NCBI GenBank assembly: GCA_051294375.1
Contig: JBJCIZ010000028.1
Span: forward strand, 678,837-742,836
Length of the DNA stretch: 64,000 bases
Direction of reading: 5' to 3'
From: Paraspadella gotoi
Lineage: Eukaryota; Animalia; Chaetognatha
A program made the translations under genes and the position numbers. Positions 50,701 through 62,700 of this stretch are shown here, in pieces; within the stretch, counting starts at the first letter, position 1; the number at the start of each line of letters is the position of its first letter. Below the pieces are notes generated by a model. It was not told where the DNA came from. It worked only from the letters and a program-made list of their open reading frames with translations, and searched no databases.

Positions 50701-53700
50701 TAGAGCGAGATGCTCGATCGACTTTGGTTTCGTTCTCATTGTCCTCGTCCATGGAGAGGGTCATTTTCACGCTCGACCTTCTTCCACAGTGTATATCATC
50801 ATGACCCATTGTTTTTATGATTTCATTGGATACTCCTTATGCACTGGCAACTATCGATCTCCTGATTATCCTTTGGCAGATTGAAAAACGCTCTCAAAAA
50901 GAGTAGACATCTTCTTAAAAATCTGTTGCCGATCGATGAATTTGTCCTCTGTCACGAATATCCCTGAAAAATTTTCCCTTGGGCTCTGGTGTATTTCCTT
51001 GAGTAGATAAACTTTTCTTGTTTCCACCTGACTGGCCGCCTCCCCCTTTATCCCATGATCTGCTTTACCATTTATTCATAATTTTTTCTTGCAATTCTCG
51101 TCACTCCTATCATGTCCACCAAATAAATACAATAAGCCGAGACGCACTCCCATTATGCCTCTTTCCATCTTGTCTATGGCCCAAAATATGTGACTGGAAG
51201 TAGTCAAAAAATATATTGCTTATCATTTATTCATGTTTTTTCTGTAATTCTCGTGACTCTACACCTCCTCGTTTGTCGCTTAAAAAGCGAACCCTGGAAT
51301 ATCACGGGATAAGTTGGAGGAATCTCTGTAAAAAAAAATATTATAATTTACCAAAAAAAATATTTTTAACGTTTGATGTTTAACCTTTTCGGACGTCGTG
51401 GGGGGAAAGTTATCGGGCCTCGTTCTCCTTTGAGGTCGAAGGACCTGACGCGAGTCTGCATCCAAGTGGGAGCGTTGCTCCACTTGAATGTTATTCGTTA
51501 ATTTGCCGTTAATCTCACAGGTGAGATTGATGTAAGGTACAAACGGTCGCCCTCTTCACTTTTGAATCAGATAATCCTCCCAACCACACGGCGATCCACG
51601 CTCCACGTATAATTCTCTTATTTCTCTCTCGGGAGTCCAGGTGCGGCGTAAATAACTTGTTCTGATTGAGGATGTTGCGGTTGTGTCCTTTGCGATTGTG
51701 GCTGGTGGCTGTGTCGGAAAAGTTTGGATGAAAGTTGGGATATGATCTACACGTATTCTTGCATGTACGGTGAAATATTGGATGAACAGTTCCTGTAATT
51801 GTATTGTTTCTATCTATCTGAATAATCTGGTGTCCTTGTGAAGTAATAAGTTAAAAAGTTGGAGATCTTGCCTACAACCTGCTGGTGTTGCTGCTCTGCT
51901 GCCACCGCTGCTCCCCATTGCTGCCACCAGTAGGGGATTGTTATGGTTGCTGTTGCTGCTGAGAAGAGGGGCAGTGACCCCCCAACAGCGGGCCATGCCG
52001 CGGGCCTAACGAAGATCGACGTCATTCCCGGCATCATGTTGAAACAAATTCTGATAGGAAAAAATGAATAAATTAATTTAGGAAACATTTTTAATTAAAA
52101 AAATAATTACACTTACATCCTAGACCAAATCAGGGCTACGCCTTCTACCGACAGGTGATGGCATCTAGCCATTACTATCCCTAATCACGACCAACATCAT
52201 TAATAAAAAAAAGGCCAGAAAAAAGAGACAAAATTAAAATGCACATTTTTTGAGCAATATATTTTTAAGTAAAAAAGTTTTATACTAATTAACGTTCATT
52301 CGGGTTCTCCGGCGTCCTGCTGGAGTTTTGGTACAATTCTAAAAACCAAAAAAAACTGGTTTATTTTAAATTCTATTTAAAAAAAAACCGAAACCGCCTG
52401 TACGGCGAAAGGTTTGGAAAGATGGTTCAGTGACCGAAAGTTGGTCGGAGTGTGGCAGTTGTGGTCCTCGAGGAAGCGGCAGAAACCTCCATTTGGCTGG
52501 TCGTTGCTGTGCCTTGAAGTCATCCTTCGATTCCAGGCAGACGAGATTGGTTGAGAGGAAACCTGCTGGTGGATAAGCATCATGACGGAACTCATCAAGA
52601 AGGTGCCTTCTCGTTCATGTGAGATCGATGACCCGCCTGTTGCACACAGGTTGTCGTCGTTCTGAGAGCAGATGTCGCAGAACGACTTGGTTTGTCTCAT
52701 GAAGTCTTGCCTCGTACTCCAAGAGCTGACCGACTTTCCTGGCAACACCTCCTGAAGTCTTTTTAATTCAAAACCTTGAAGAGAGAAAAAGATTTTGGAT
52801 TGACATAAAAATCTTTGCCATCGCTGAATTTGTCTTTCTCTGGGCACGAAATATCCCTGGAAAATTTTCCCCTTGGACTCTGGGTATTTTCTTGAGTAGA
52901 ATAGAACTCGAGCAGATAAACTTTTCTATGTTCACCTGACTGGCCGTCTCTCGCCCCATGATCCACTTGAGCATTTATCAATATTTTTCTGCAATTCTCA
53001 TCACTCCCTATCATGTCCACCAATATAAAAACAATAAACCGAGACGCATCTCCTCTTATCCTGGACAGCCAAAGCAGAATGTTTCCTTCATCTTTTCTGG
53101 GGCCCAAATGTGTGACTGGAAGTAGTCAAAAATATATTGCTTTTATCATTTATTCATTGTTTTTTTCTTGCAATTCTCGTGACTCATATCCTCATTCCTC
53201 CAAAGAAATACAGCAAGCCGATAGGACACATCTCCCACCATTCTTGACAGCCAAAGCAGACATGCTTCCCCTCTGTCTTTTCTTTGGATAATATATGCGC
53301 CTCAAATCCAGATATCCCTGGCCGTCAGATCGGCACCCGAGCGCCAGGGGAATCTGCGGAAAAACTGTCCACATATCTTGCCTGTAATTGGCGGGATGTC
53401 GTCCAGCAGAGGGTGCTCCGCGGTGAGACAACACAGCCCTCGCTGCGGAGTCCCATTCGTCCATCTCACCCACCATGCCCATGGCGGTTTGGGCCATCTA
53501 GAAAACGATTTCCTCAGTTCTGAGCATCGGTAGGAGCAATGACATCCTTACACGGATCCAAGAGTGAGAAGACTCTCATTTTCCATAATTCGCCGTACCA
53601 TCCAACGGCGTCAACGTTGCCGGTTAATTGTCTGGGATCGGGAAACGCGGCTCATCTGACACCGCAGCGCCGGTCGTAAAAGTTGTCCATGCGAAGCGCA

Positions 53701-54155
53701 AATAATGGTCTTTGCAGCAAAGAAACTTGGCTATCGCCGACATTATTTCGAAGTTAGACGTCATGTTAGACGTAAGTTAGACGTATGTGTGAAGCAAGAC
53801 TGATGAAGAATAAAACGAAAATTATAGAAAATCGAGAAGATTCTTCAATTCCAAAAATATTTTAAGATAGAAAAATATAAACCAGACGAAACGATGCTCT
53901 TACTTGTCCAAGTTAGATTTTTTCCGAAATATAATTCCGTCTCAGTCGCTAGATGTGCGACAGATTAGGGCGCAGCTAAAACGCCAAACACAAAATAAGG
54001 ACAAGAACAACGCCAGATGTGATTACTGATGAGAAGAGAAAATGAAAATTCAAAATAACTTGCGAAATCATATCAAAATTAGAACGAAAATTGTGTGATG
54101 ATGTAAAAAAAAGCGACATATAAATTCAAATCAGCGTAAAGACGACATTATATAG
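41761..54155. repeat. Cassette copy 2 (longest)
   Basis: First 7.3 kb repeats copy 1; about 43605-53297 repeats 54181-63900. Confidence 0.9.
49387..53764 (-). CDS. Long multi-exon uncharacterised gene with a family-A N-terminus (A3); partial copy at 60004-64000
   Basis: N-terminus MSAIAKFLCCKDHYLRF..FPIP..FSRWP/TAMGMV; Q/P-rich exon; YINLTCEI..IQVEQ.SHLDA.SRQ block shared with A1; minus-strand donors gtaagt/gtgagt near 50580, 50234, 50051 and 49872; acidic last exon. Many indels; could be more than one gene. Confidence 0.5.
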
Positions 54156-54499
54156 NNNNNNNNNNNNNNNNNNNNNNNNNGGGGGCGGCGACAGTTCAGA
54201 ATGTGAAGAGAGATTTTCTCTTTTGCCTCGTTGCGACGAATAAATCCAAGAATCGAGCGGGCGCTGCCTCCAAAAATCTCGACAATGATAAGGATCGAAC
54301 GGCATTGTGTGAATAGAGTAGGGTTTGAAGTTTAAATTAAAGTTGTTATTGATATAACCAGTGGCATTGACGATAATAATTTTAAAGATTTTCCTAAAAA
54401 GTTTTTTCATTCTTTTTTTTTTTTTTTTTTGTATATAATATTTACATGATTAGTTTCATACTAATCAGCAGTTTATTTTTAAGCTTTGGCGATTCCGTT

Positions 54500-55686
54500 T
54501 TCTATTCCGGCGGGGGAGTTGGGGGTAAGTCATAAATAGGTTGAATAACATCCATATCAATAATGTCTAGTTTTTTTTATTCGTCTTCTGCTTCTTCTTC
54601 AATAGAAATATCCATAATAATGGAGGGAGAGCGGGGTTTCATTTCAGCGTCTTTTTCTACAGAGATGAGAGAGGGCGAGTTAATTGGCATATTGTGGCCC
54701 ATAAAAACATCAACTTTCAATGGTTGTGTAAGATCTTCTAATGGTTGTGAGAAATTTTCTTGTTTGGCCGCTTTGTCTTCGTTGATTTCATTTACAAGAT
54801 CAAAATAAATGAGAGATTTAGGAATTTCAGGTAAATTGTTTATTGCCTCTAGTTCCATTTTTAATTTAAAACAGTTATAACATTGACAGTCGACGTCATC
54901 CACTTGTTGACAAAACCATTTACTCGCCATATTTTAAAAAAAGTCTTCCACGTAATCTTCCAGGAAATCACGCTCACTGCTAGTTAAATCAGTTATCGAT
55001 TGAGTTGCTAAAGCGGATTCATGAAAAGGGGGGATTTGAGGTGTTAGAGTAGGGGGTTGTGGAGAAATAGAAGAAGATGATGAATCCGAAGTGGTGTTTG
55101 AATCCGGAAAAAATCAGCTCTCTCGACACTCGCGGGAGCAGATAGATTCGATGCCGCGTCGTCAACTATAACGTGTGATGGTCCAAACAATTTTTGTTGT
55201 TGTTCATTTTCGGGTTTAGATTCCGTTTTATTGATGTTGAGTTGTTCGTGAAAAGTTTTTAAAAAAAGTTTAGGTGATCTTTTTTTGCAGGCAGTTGATG
55301 ACAAATCTCGCAGTGCTTTGAAATTTCCTCTCTGCATATAGCAGCTATTTTGTCTTTTATTGGTTGAGATAATCCTGCTTTTTTCTGTTTAAAAATTTTT
55401 ATAGATAAATCGCACAAGAGCTTTTTTGATTCTCAAATCGGCCGGCGCTTGTTTTTTCCTCTTTGTTGTCTGATATGTCAGAATAATGAGGATTGGTTGA
55501 GGCCATGATGTCGCGAATGAGAATGAAAAAGTTTTTTGGCGTGTGCCTCACAAACTTTGCGCAGTCGTGCAAAATCATTAGAGCGTAAAACAGGTTGCGC
55601 AATCGGGTTCTTCTTAATTTACATATTTCAGACGCGCGCGCGCTCTTTCTCTCTCTATGTGCACATGTGCATGCGTGTAAATGCAT
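54500..55686 (-). CDS. Uncharacterised ORF cluster (55399..55686, 55044..55337, 54577..54930), possibly one broken gene; copies near 36620-37820 and 43925-45094
   Basis: Protein-like translations with Cys motifs (HCEICH, DCQCYNC) and an acidic tail; no recognised domain. Confidence 0.4.
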
Positions 55687-56047
55687 GCTAAATAAAGTAT
55701 ATATAATAAATAATATATAATTCGTTCTTTTTGCTGATATCTTGATCCTATGATTATAAATCAAATAAAACAAGCCCATTTACCCGACAACTTTTCATTG
55801 TCGTCACCTATCTCTTACACTTAGTTTTTGTCGCTTATCCCTTAAAAATGACTAATAGTTCACAGTGCAAAAGTTTTCCTCGGTTAAACTGATAAGTTTT
55901 TTCCATTGTTTTCAACTAATTCTTTCGTTTCACTTTCTCCATTTCAAAAATCATGGCTTTCCTATTTTTTTCTGTAAATATACTTCTAAATTAATTAAAA
56001 CTAACCATATAAAAAGTAATCGCCTCGCCGATGCGCCTCACTGATGC

Positions 56048-56470
56048 TCAAGGCTGGGATCTACAATGGCACTGTCGTCCCATGTCCAGTTTTTTTGATG
56101 TTCCAGTCGCCTCTTGCGCAGACAAAGCGATCTCATTTTTTAATATAAAGAAAATTAAAAACGAGTCTAACCTTTCCCTGACCGACTCGTCGAGGAACAG
56201 CAACCACTGCGCCCTGTGGATCTTGAACGGACAGCCCATGATCCCAATCCTTTTTGAACAACCCTTCATTGATTGCGTTTCTACTCTTATGGACCCCCTG
56301 CAACGCTCGATCTTATCCCAACACGCGTAGTACAATCCCCTTTTTACTTTCTCCATTTTCTTCTTTTCTCGTACAATTTTAAAGTTCGATGGTTTTAAAG
56401 TTTTAAAGTCTGTTGGTTTTTGATATTTCTTTATTCGATAAACTGTAAAAACATAGTCAATTTTCCACAA
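56048..56470 (-). CDS. Uncharacterised basic protein, about 140 aa; frameshifted copies at 38190-38626 and 45448-45871
   Basis: Open frame in copy 3 in AT-rich context; start codon uncertain; no recognised domain. Confidence 0.4.
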   Translation of the reverse strand: MWKIDYVFTVYRIKKYQKPTDFKTLKPSNFKIVREKKKMEKVKRGLYYACWDKIERCRGSIRVETQSMKGCSKRIGIMGCPFKIHRAQWLLFLDESVRERLDSFLIFFILKNEIALSAQEATGTSKKLDMGRQCHCRSQP

Positions 56471-57278
56471 TATTTAATACTAAAGTATTAACATTTTACA
56501 AATGTTAATTTGAATCAAAGGACATTATTCGATTACCTAGCATTAACAATACTTCAGTGTCTCTGATCCGAAAAAAAAATTGCGACAAAAAAAGTCACAA
56601 AATGAAAATCGGATCGGCGACACGGGTGGATCGCGGTCCTTCGGTAAATTTGACCATTCAGAGTTCGAGTTCAAAATTAAGCATCTCCAATTTGCTAACG
56701 CGTTTTTGGTCACCAAAAAATCGGATCGAGTGCTCGTTTGACAAAAAAAATAGACCAATGAAAAACGACGAAACATTTCATTGGTCTACGCCCCTATATA
56801 AGGGCAAATAAAAAATAAAAAAATTCAAAATATAAGATGAAAGAAAAAATATTAAAATAATGAAATTAAATATTCTAAATCATCAAATAACGTTCTCATA
56901 TCTCAATATTATCAATTAACACAGAAAACGAGAAAATGAGTTATAAAATTTCACAATGATTAATCTCCAAAGCGAGAACGAAATCAATCAACAGAAGTCT
57001 CGGCGAAAACCGCACACAAAGTCAGGGGTCTATATCTCGCTTTCCCCAGTTTCGTCATTGTTCCATACAAGACGGTGTTGTCGTCTTTATTACTAGCTCC
57101 TGTAATAACTGACGAATCTATTTAGCCTAATATATTAAAAGAGGATTGAGTATTCATTATGATTATATTAAGTAACGTGAAACAAACGAAAATAAAACGG
57201 GAGAGAATTACAAATTGTTACTCGGCCAAAATCACGACTAAAGAATTACAAGCGATCGAGAACTAAAAAGCGTTTTGT

Positions 57279-58025
57279 TTACAATTCAGCGAAGGCCAAT
57301 ACTTTTGTAAATAAAGAACGAGGCCGAAACGAAAACAACTCTTTGATATTCTGACAGTGTCTGATCGGAGGGCCGAACAAATGATTAACCCACTCCATCG
57401 CCGCGTTATGTGCGTGCCAAAACCGGAGTTCTAACGGGGTAGCACCCATGAGAAAAAACATCTCCGGTCGCACGTAGAGCAAGGAGGACATCAGATCTCC
57501 TACGGAGGGAACATGCATCCTCTCCACCATGATGCGTGAGAAGTAATCCACATCCAGTAAGAAATCTGGGTGAGGGTCGTATGAATGTACTTCGCGAATG
57601 TTTTGGTACATCTGACCGTCGGAATGAACTCCATCCCAGAATCCCAGGGATGTCACCCTAACTCTGAGACGGCCCACTGCCATGTCGTCCCAGGAACGGC
57701 CAAGCCCAGTGCGAAGCGTTGCCATCTCTGAGCAACGCCCATTGTCCAGCAAAACAACGCCGAGAGCTTCGCTCGGCCATGACGAGAAGTATCTCTTCGC
57801 CGTGTCGTCGCAGAGACGTAAGTCATACATTCGTTCCCAGTAATACCCAGGAGTAATCTGCATCCTGGTAATGTTAATGGCCGACTCTGTGGTCAGCATC
57901 GAGTCCATAAGCCTCGGGATGGGATACCCATGGCACCGAACATGAGTCGGTCTGCCATTGAAACGGGTCAGGATGAACTGGGCGTAGACTTCCCTCGACG
58001 CATAGAACGACTCTATCGAATTCAT
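57279..58025 (-). CDS. Uncharacterised family-A protein (A2), 248 aa, intronless; frameshifted copies at 39435-40181 and 46676-47419
   Basis: Longest clean ORF in the cassette; FSSWPSEALGVV, SWDD and YDPHPDF-x20-GDL motifs are shared with A1. Confidence 0.72.
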   Translation of the reverse strand: MNSIESFYASREVYAQFILTRFNGRPTHVRCHGYPIPRLMDSMLTTESAINITRMQITPGYYWERMYDLRLCDDTAKRYFSSWPSEALGVVLLDNGRCSEMATLRTGLGRSWDDMAVGRLRVRVTSLGFWDGVHSDGQMYQNIREVHSYDPHPDFLLDVDYFSRIMVERMHVPSVGDLMSSLLYVRPEMFFLMGATPLELRFWHAHNAAMEWVNHLFGPPIRHCQNIKELFSFRPRSLFTKVLAFAEL

Positions 58026-58944
58026 AGAGCCGGTGTATTGAAACGGAAGCGCAATTCGTAAAATATCCGTAAGCGAAACTAAAAAAAAATAATTCGAGAT
58101 TAGGCAGAGTCACTCCGCAAACAAAACCAAAACTCAAAGAAAAACGAAAAAAATGTAAACGTAAAACGAAATGATATTTCCAAAACGCAGCGATCGCTGG
58201 CAAGAAGAACGCAAAAATTCAAAATCTCCAGATGATACAAAATTCCAGAAAATATACCATCTCGGAGGGATGGATGACCGCATCCATCAAATGCAACGAG
58301 ACAGTCCGTTTTTCATTGGAGGCCTTCGGACCCTCCGGAAATGTGTAAAAAAATTAAAAAATTTATCGAAAGGTCATTATTTATTTAAAAAATGTATTTC
58401 TGCCCCTACATTCGACAAACGTCATATATAGCGACAAAGAGAAAATTTCTATAGCGCATTCTCGTCGATATGCAGGGGAAACCAGGTTTATCCTCTAACC
58501 TAATTTATAAATATCATACGGATTAACGTCTACGTCGACGTCGCTTCACGTGAAACGAAGGGTCGAGTTTAACATCTACACGCGCAGATGTGAGACTACC
58601 CGGGGAATACCCACTTAAATACTTATAATTATCACTTACATATACATACAAATATCACTCACCCAACCCCACTTAAGCAGCGGTAGCGCACAGAAACGTG
58701 GGGACCGAACAAAGTCGATGCCACCATGTCACTATACTCTAGCTACGAGATAGTTTTCTGACGAATTCTCTTGGCCTATATAAAACACAGGGGTTTTTAA
58801 TATCTATTGTAATATATAAGTTCAACAGATACAAAATAATATTTAAAGGGAAACGTTTCCTTCGGAGCCACGGCTAAAACTACCCAGTTTACAGGACAGA
58901 ATCGGCGAAGTACAATATTGTTTACAAATAATCACTTTTACATT

Positions 58945-59480
58945 TACAATTGGCTGAAAGGTAAAGAAAAGGAAAATACAGAACCGACATTTGATTCGGT
59001 TGCACCTCGATATTCTGACAGAATCACAAACGGAGAATTTGTCGAGCCAATCGGGTTGCGAGGCGCGAACCTCCCTGGACTCGATCGTCGACACCGTCTG
59101 CGCCAACCAATCGCGATAGGAGAGAATTTCTGACAACCAGTCTGGTTGCGAGACGCCAATTTTGCGCCACTCGATCATCTTCATTTTCCCGGCCAACTGA
59201 AATGGGCGAGAATTTTGAAAACCAATGAGCATTTACCTACCCCCCCGGCTGCCGTCGATGCCTTTGTCGACTGTGCCGACGTATCACGAGAAGTGAAAAT
59301 TTTGAAAACCAATTGGAAGGCAGGATGCCTCGCCTTTTAAGGCTAACCGATTAGCCAATCGGTAAATTTAAGAATTTGGAAATTCTCAGAAAAGCTTAGC
59401 GTCAGTATAAAAGGTCGTTATAGACAAATTTTCCTTTTTTTTTAATGGGAGAGAGAGTGACAAACTTGTCACGTGACTCG
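58945..59480. promoter_or_regulatory. CpG-rich promoter-like cluster: multiple CCAAT boxes, TTTGAA motifs, TATAAAA and a GTCACGTGAC E-box; copies at about 41100-41615 and 48335-48860
   Basis: CCAAT/ATTGG near 58949, 59047, 59107, 59156, 59222, 59309 and 59356; tataaaa at 59406; gtcacgtgac at 59468. Confidence 0.55.
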
Positions 59481-59619
59481 CTCCGCGGTCAATTGAATCC
59501 GAGTCCCACCAAAACTTTCTATAGTCGAATATAACTGCGTTAAAAGCATCACCGGAGAGAGAGAGGGGAATGATGATGATTAACCCCCCTATCCCTTTCA
59601 CCTTGGCTATTCCCGGGCC

Positions 59620-59770
59620 TCCTCTCTCTCACTCTCCTATCTCTCTCTCTCCTTCTCTCTCTTTCTCCCTCTCTCTCCCTCTCTCACTCTCTCCCTCTCT
59701 CTCTCTCTCTTTTTATACCTCTCTCTCTCTTTCTCCCTCACTCTAACTCACCCTCGCTCTTTTTTTTCCT
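59620..59770. repeat. (CT)n-rich pyrimidine tract; copy at about 49000-49150
   Basis: Visible directly. Confidence 0.9.
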
Positions 59771-62700
59771 TGCACCGCTGTTTTACCCACCATTCCTTAT
59801 CAATAGCATCTCGACTATATCTGTCAGACGGTCTGACCGTCTCGGTTCATCTGTCGCCTCCTGTCTTCCCATTTGACCGCGTCTCACCCATCTGAACTTC
59901 TCACCCATCCCAACTTTTAACCCTCACCCAAAAAACTAAGGTAATTTCTGTAATAGTACAAAATATACAATTCGAGAAGCATTGGGAGAGAGAGTACCGG
60001 TAGTTAACGATGGCGTTCCTGTCGCTCTGATCCGCGTCGCGAGTAAGAGGCGACTTCGGCGTCCGTGGCGAGTTCTACTTCTTCCTCCTCGTCGTACGTC
60101 TCTGGATCGTCGTCGTCTATGAGGAGAGCGTCTTCCTCGACGTCTTCCTCTCCGCAACCCCCTCCTTCTTCGTAATCGGGGGGCCGGTTCGTCGTCGTCG
60201 TCCTCTTCGTAATCGGGGTCCGGTTCGTCGGCGTTGGAGGAAGAAGAGACCGGATTCCGGTTCTCCTTGTTGGCTTCCTGGTCGTCCTATGGCGTTTAGA
60301 CCCTAGACTAGCTTCTCTAGGGTATTGATTTGTCCCTCTAAGGTACCCACGTATGCACGTGTGCATTTCCTTCCTAGAAAAGTAATACGAAAAGGGTGAA
60401 TAATAAGTCAAAAAATTAATTATCGCAAGGAAATCATTTCGTTCTATCCATTTATTGTACAGATTATAAAAGAAAAATAAGACTCACCAGAGTTGATCAA
60501 GCGCAGTGTCATTGTACGCCACGTTTTCTGAGTCTTGAGCAATGACGTCGTTGACTGTCTGGACCAAAAAAAATTGGGAAACAAAAGGAAAGAGAGATTG
60601 CTAAACAAATTTATATCCAAAGATACATTTAATTATTTAAAAATCCTAATCTATATTTTCCTTACCTTACTGAGTCCATGAATTTTAGCAAATCCTTCTA
60701 TTGTGGCAAATGTTTTTTTTGCGTTGATTGCTCATCACATCTGTAAAACAAAAAAATAATTAAAAAAAGACAAAGTAACTATCGTAAATATTGACCTAGT
60801 TTATAGCACAAAACAATTGATTCAATGCAAACATAATGATACTTACAATCTTTGTTTCATTTTGGCAATTTCTCTCTTCACACTAATGACCGTTACTTCT
60901 TTCCACGTGGTTGGTTCCAGCTTGACCGTCAACATTTTTTTTCTACCAAAAAAATAGAAAATCGAAGTCTTGAAAAATGGCAGTTAAAAAAAAATTAAAC
61001 AACTGAGACCAAAGGCGTATGTCATTGTGGTTACTTTTAAGTTTGAAGTGGTTTGTCCAAAGAAAGACGTGGACTGACAGACCGATGGATGGATGACGAG
61101 AGATTAACAGAAACCTAATGAGTAAAGTAGAAAAAAAAGATAAGAAAAAAAAAATCAACCGAGACCAAAGGCATGTGTCATTGTGGTTACTTACTTTTGA
61201 GTTTGTCCGGTATTTTTGCTTTACTAGGAAGACGGGATGACTGACAGGCCGGTGGATGGATTGATGGAGGGTGAAGTGGAAGTCTTCTCGCTCGATGTAG
61301 CCAACGACGAAGTAGAGCGAGATGCTCGATCGACTTTGGGTTCGTTCTCATTGTCCTCGTCCATGGAGAGGTCATTTTCACGCTCGACCTCTTCCACAGT
61401 AGTATATCATCATGACCCATTGTTTTTATGATTTCATTGGATACTCCTTATGCACTGGCAACTAATCGATCTCCTATTATCCTTTTGCAGATTGAAAAAA
61501 GCTCTCAAAAAGAGTAGACATCTTCTTAAAATCTTTGCCATCGCTGAATTTGTCCTCTGGGCACGAATATCCCTGAAAAATTTTTCCCTTGGGCTCTGGT
61601 GTATTTCCTTGAGTAGATAAACTTTTCTCTGTTCCACCTGACTGGCCGCCTCTCCCCTTTATCCCATGATCTGCTTTACCATTTATTCATAATTTTTTCT
61701 TGCAATTCTCGTCACTCCCTATCATGTCCACCAAATAAATACAATAAGCCGAGACGCACTCCCATTATGCCTTCCTTCCATCTTGTCTATGGCCCAAATA
61801 TGTGACTGGAAGTAGTCAAAAAATATATTGCTTTATCATTTATTCATGTTTTTTCTTGTAATTCTCGTGACTCTATCATCCTCCTCGTTTGTCGCTTAAA
61901 AAGCGAACCCTGAATATCACGGGATAAGTTGGAGGAATTCTGTAAAAAAAAATGATTATAATTTACCAAAAAAAATATTTTTAACGTTTGATGTTTAACC
62001 TGTTCGGACGTCGTGGGGGGAAAGTTATCGGGCTCGTTCTCCTTTGAGGTCGAAGGACCCTGACGCGAGTCTGCATCCAAGTGGGAGTGTTGCTCCACTT
62101 GAATGTATTTCGTTAATTTGCCGTTAATCTCACAGGTGAGATTGATGTAAGGTACAAACCGTTCGCCCTCTTCACTTTTGAATCAGATAATCCTCCCACC
62201 CACGGCATCCACCTCCACGTATAATCTCTTATTTCTCTCTCGGGAGTCCAGGTGCGGCGTAAATAACTTGTTCTGATTGAGGATGTTGCGGTTTGTGTCC
62301 TTTGCGATTGTGATTGTGGCTGTGGTCGGAAAAGTTTGGATGAAAAGTTGGGATATGATCTAACGTATTCTTGCATGTACGGTGATAATATTGGATGAAC
62401 AGTTCCTGTAATTGTATTGTTTCTATCTATCTGAGTAATTGGAATTGTCTTGAATGTAATAAGTTAAAAAGTTGGAGATCTTGCCTACAACCTGCTGGTG
62501 TTGCTGCTCCTGCTGCCACCGCTGCTCCCACTGCTGCCACCAGTAGGGGATTGTTATGGTTGCTGTTGCTGCTGAGGAAGAGGGGCAGTGACCCCCAACA
62601 GCTGGGCCAGCCGGGGCCTAACGAAGATGACGTCATTCCCGGCATCATGTTGAAAAAATTCTGATAGGAAAAATGAATAAATTAATTTTAGGAAACATTT

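Noticed and set aside
57065-57195. Hammerhead ribozyme (GTC, hairpin, CTGACGA, later GAAAC); also at 567-670 and 58727-58860
   Set aside because: Stem I is out of register by 1-3 nt, no stem II closes onto GAAA, and the required GAAA next to stem III is missing.
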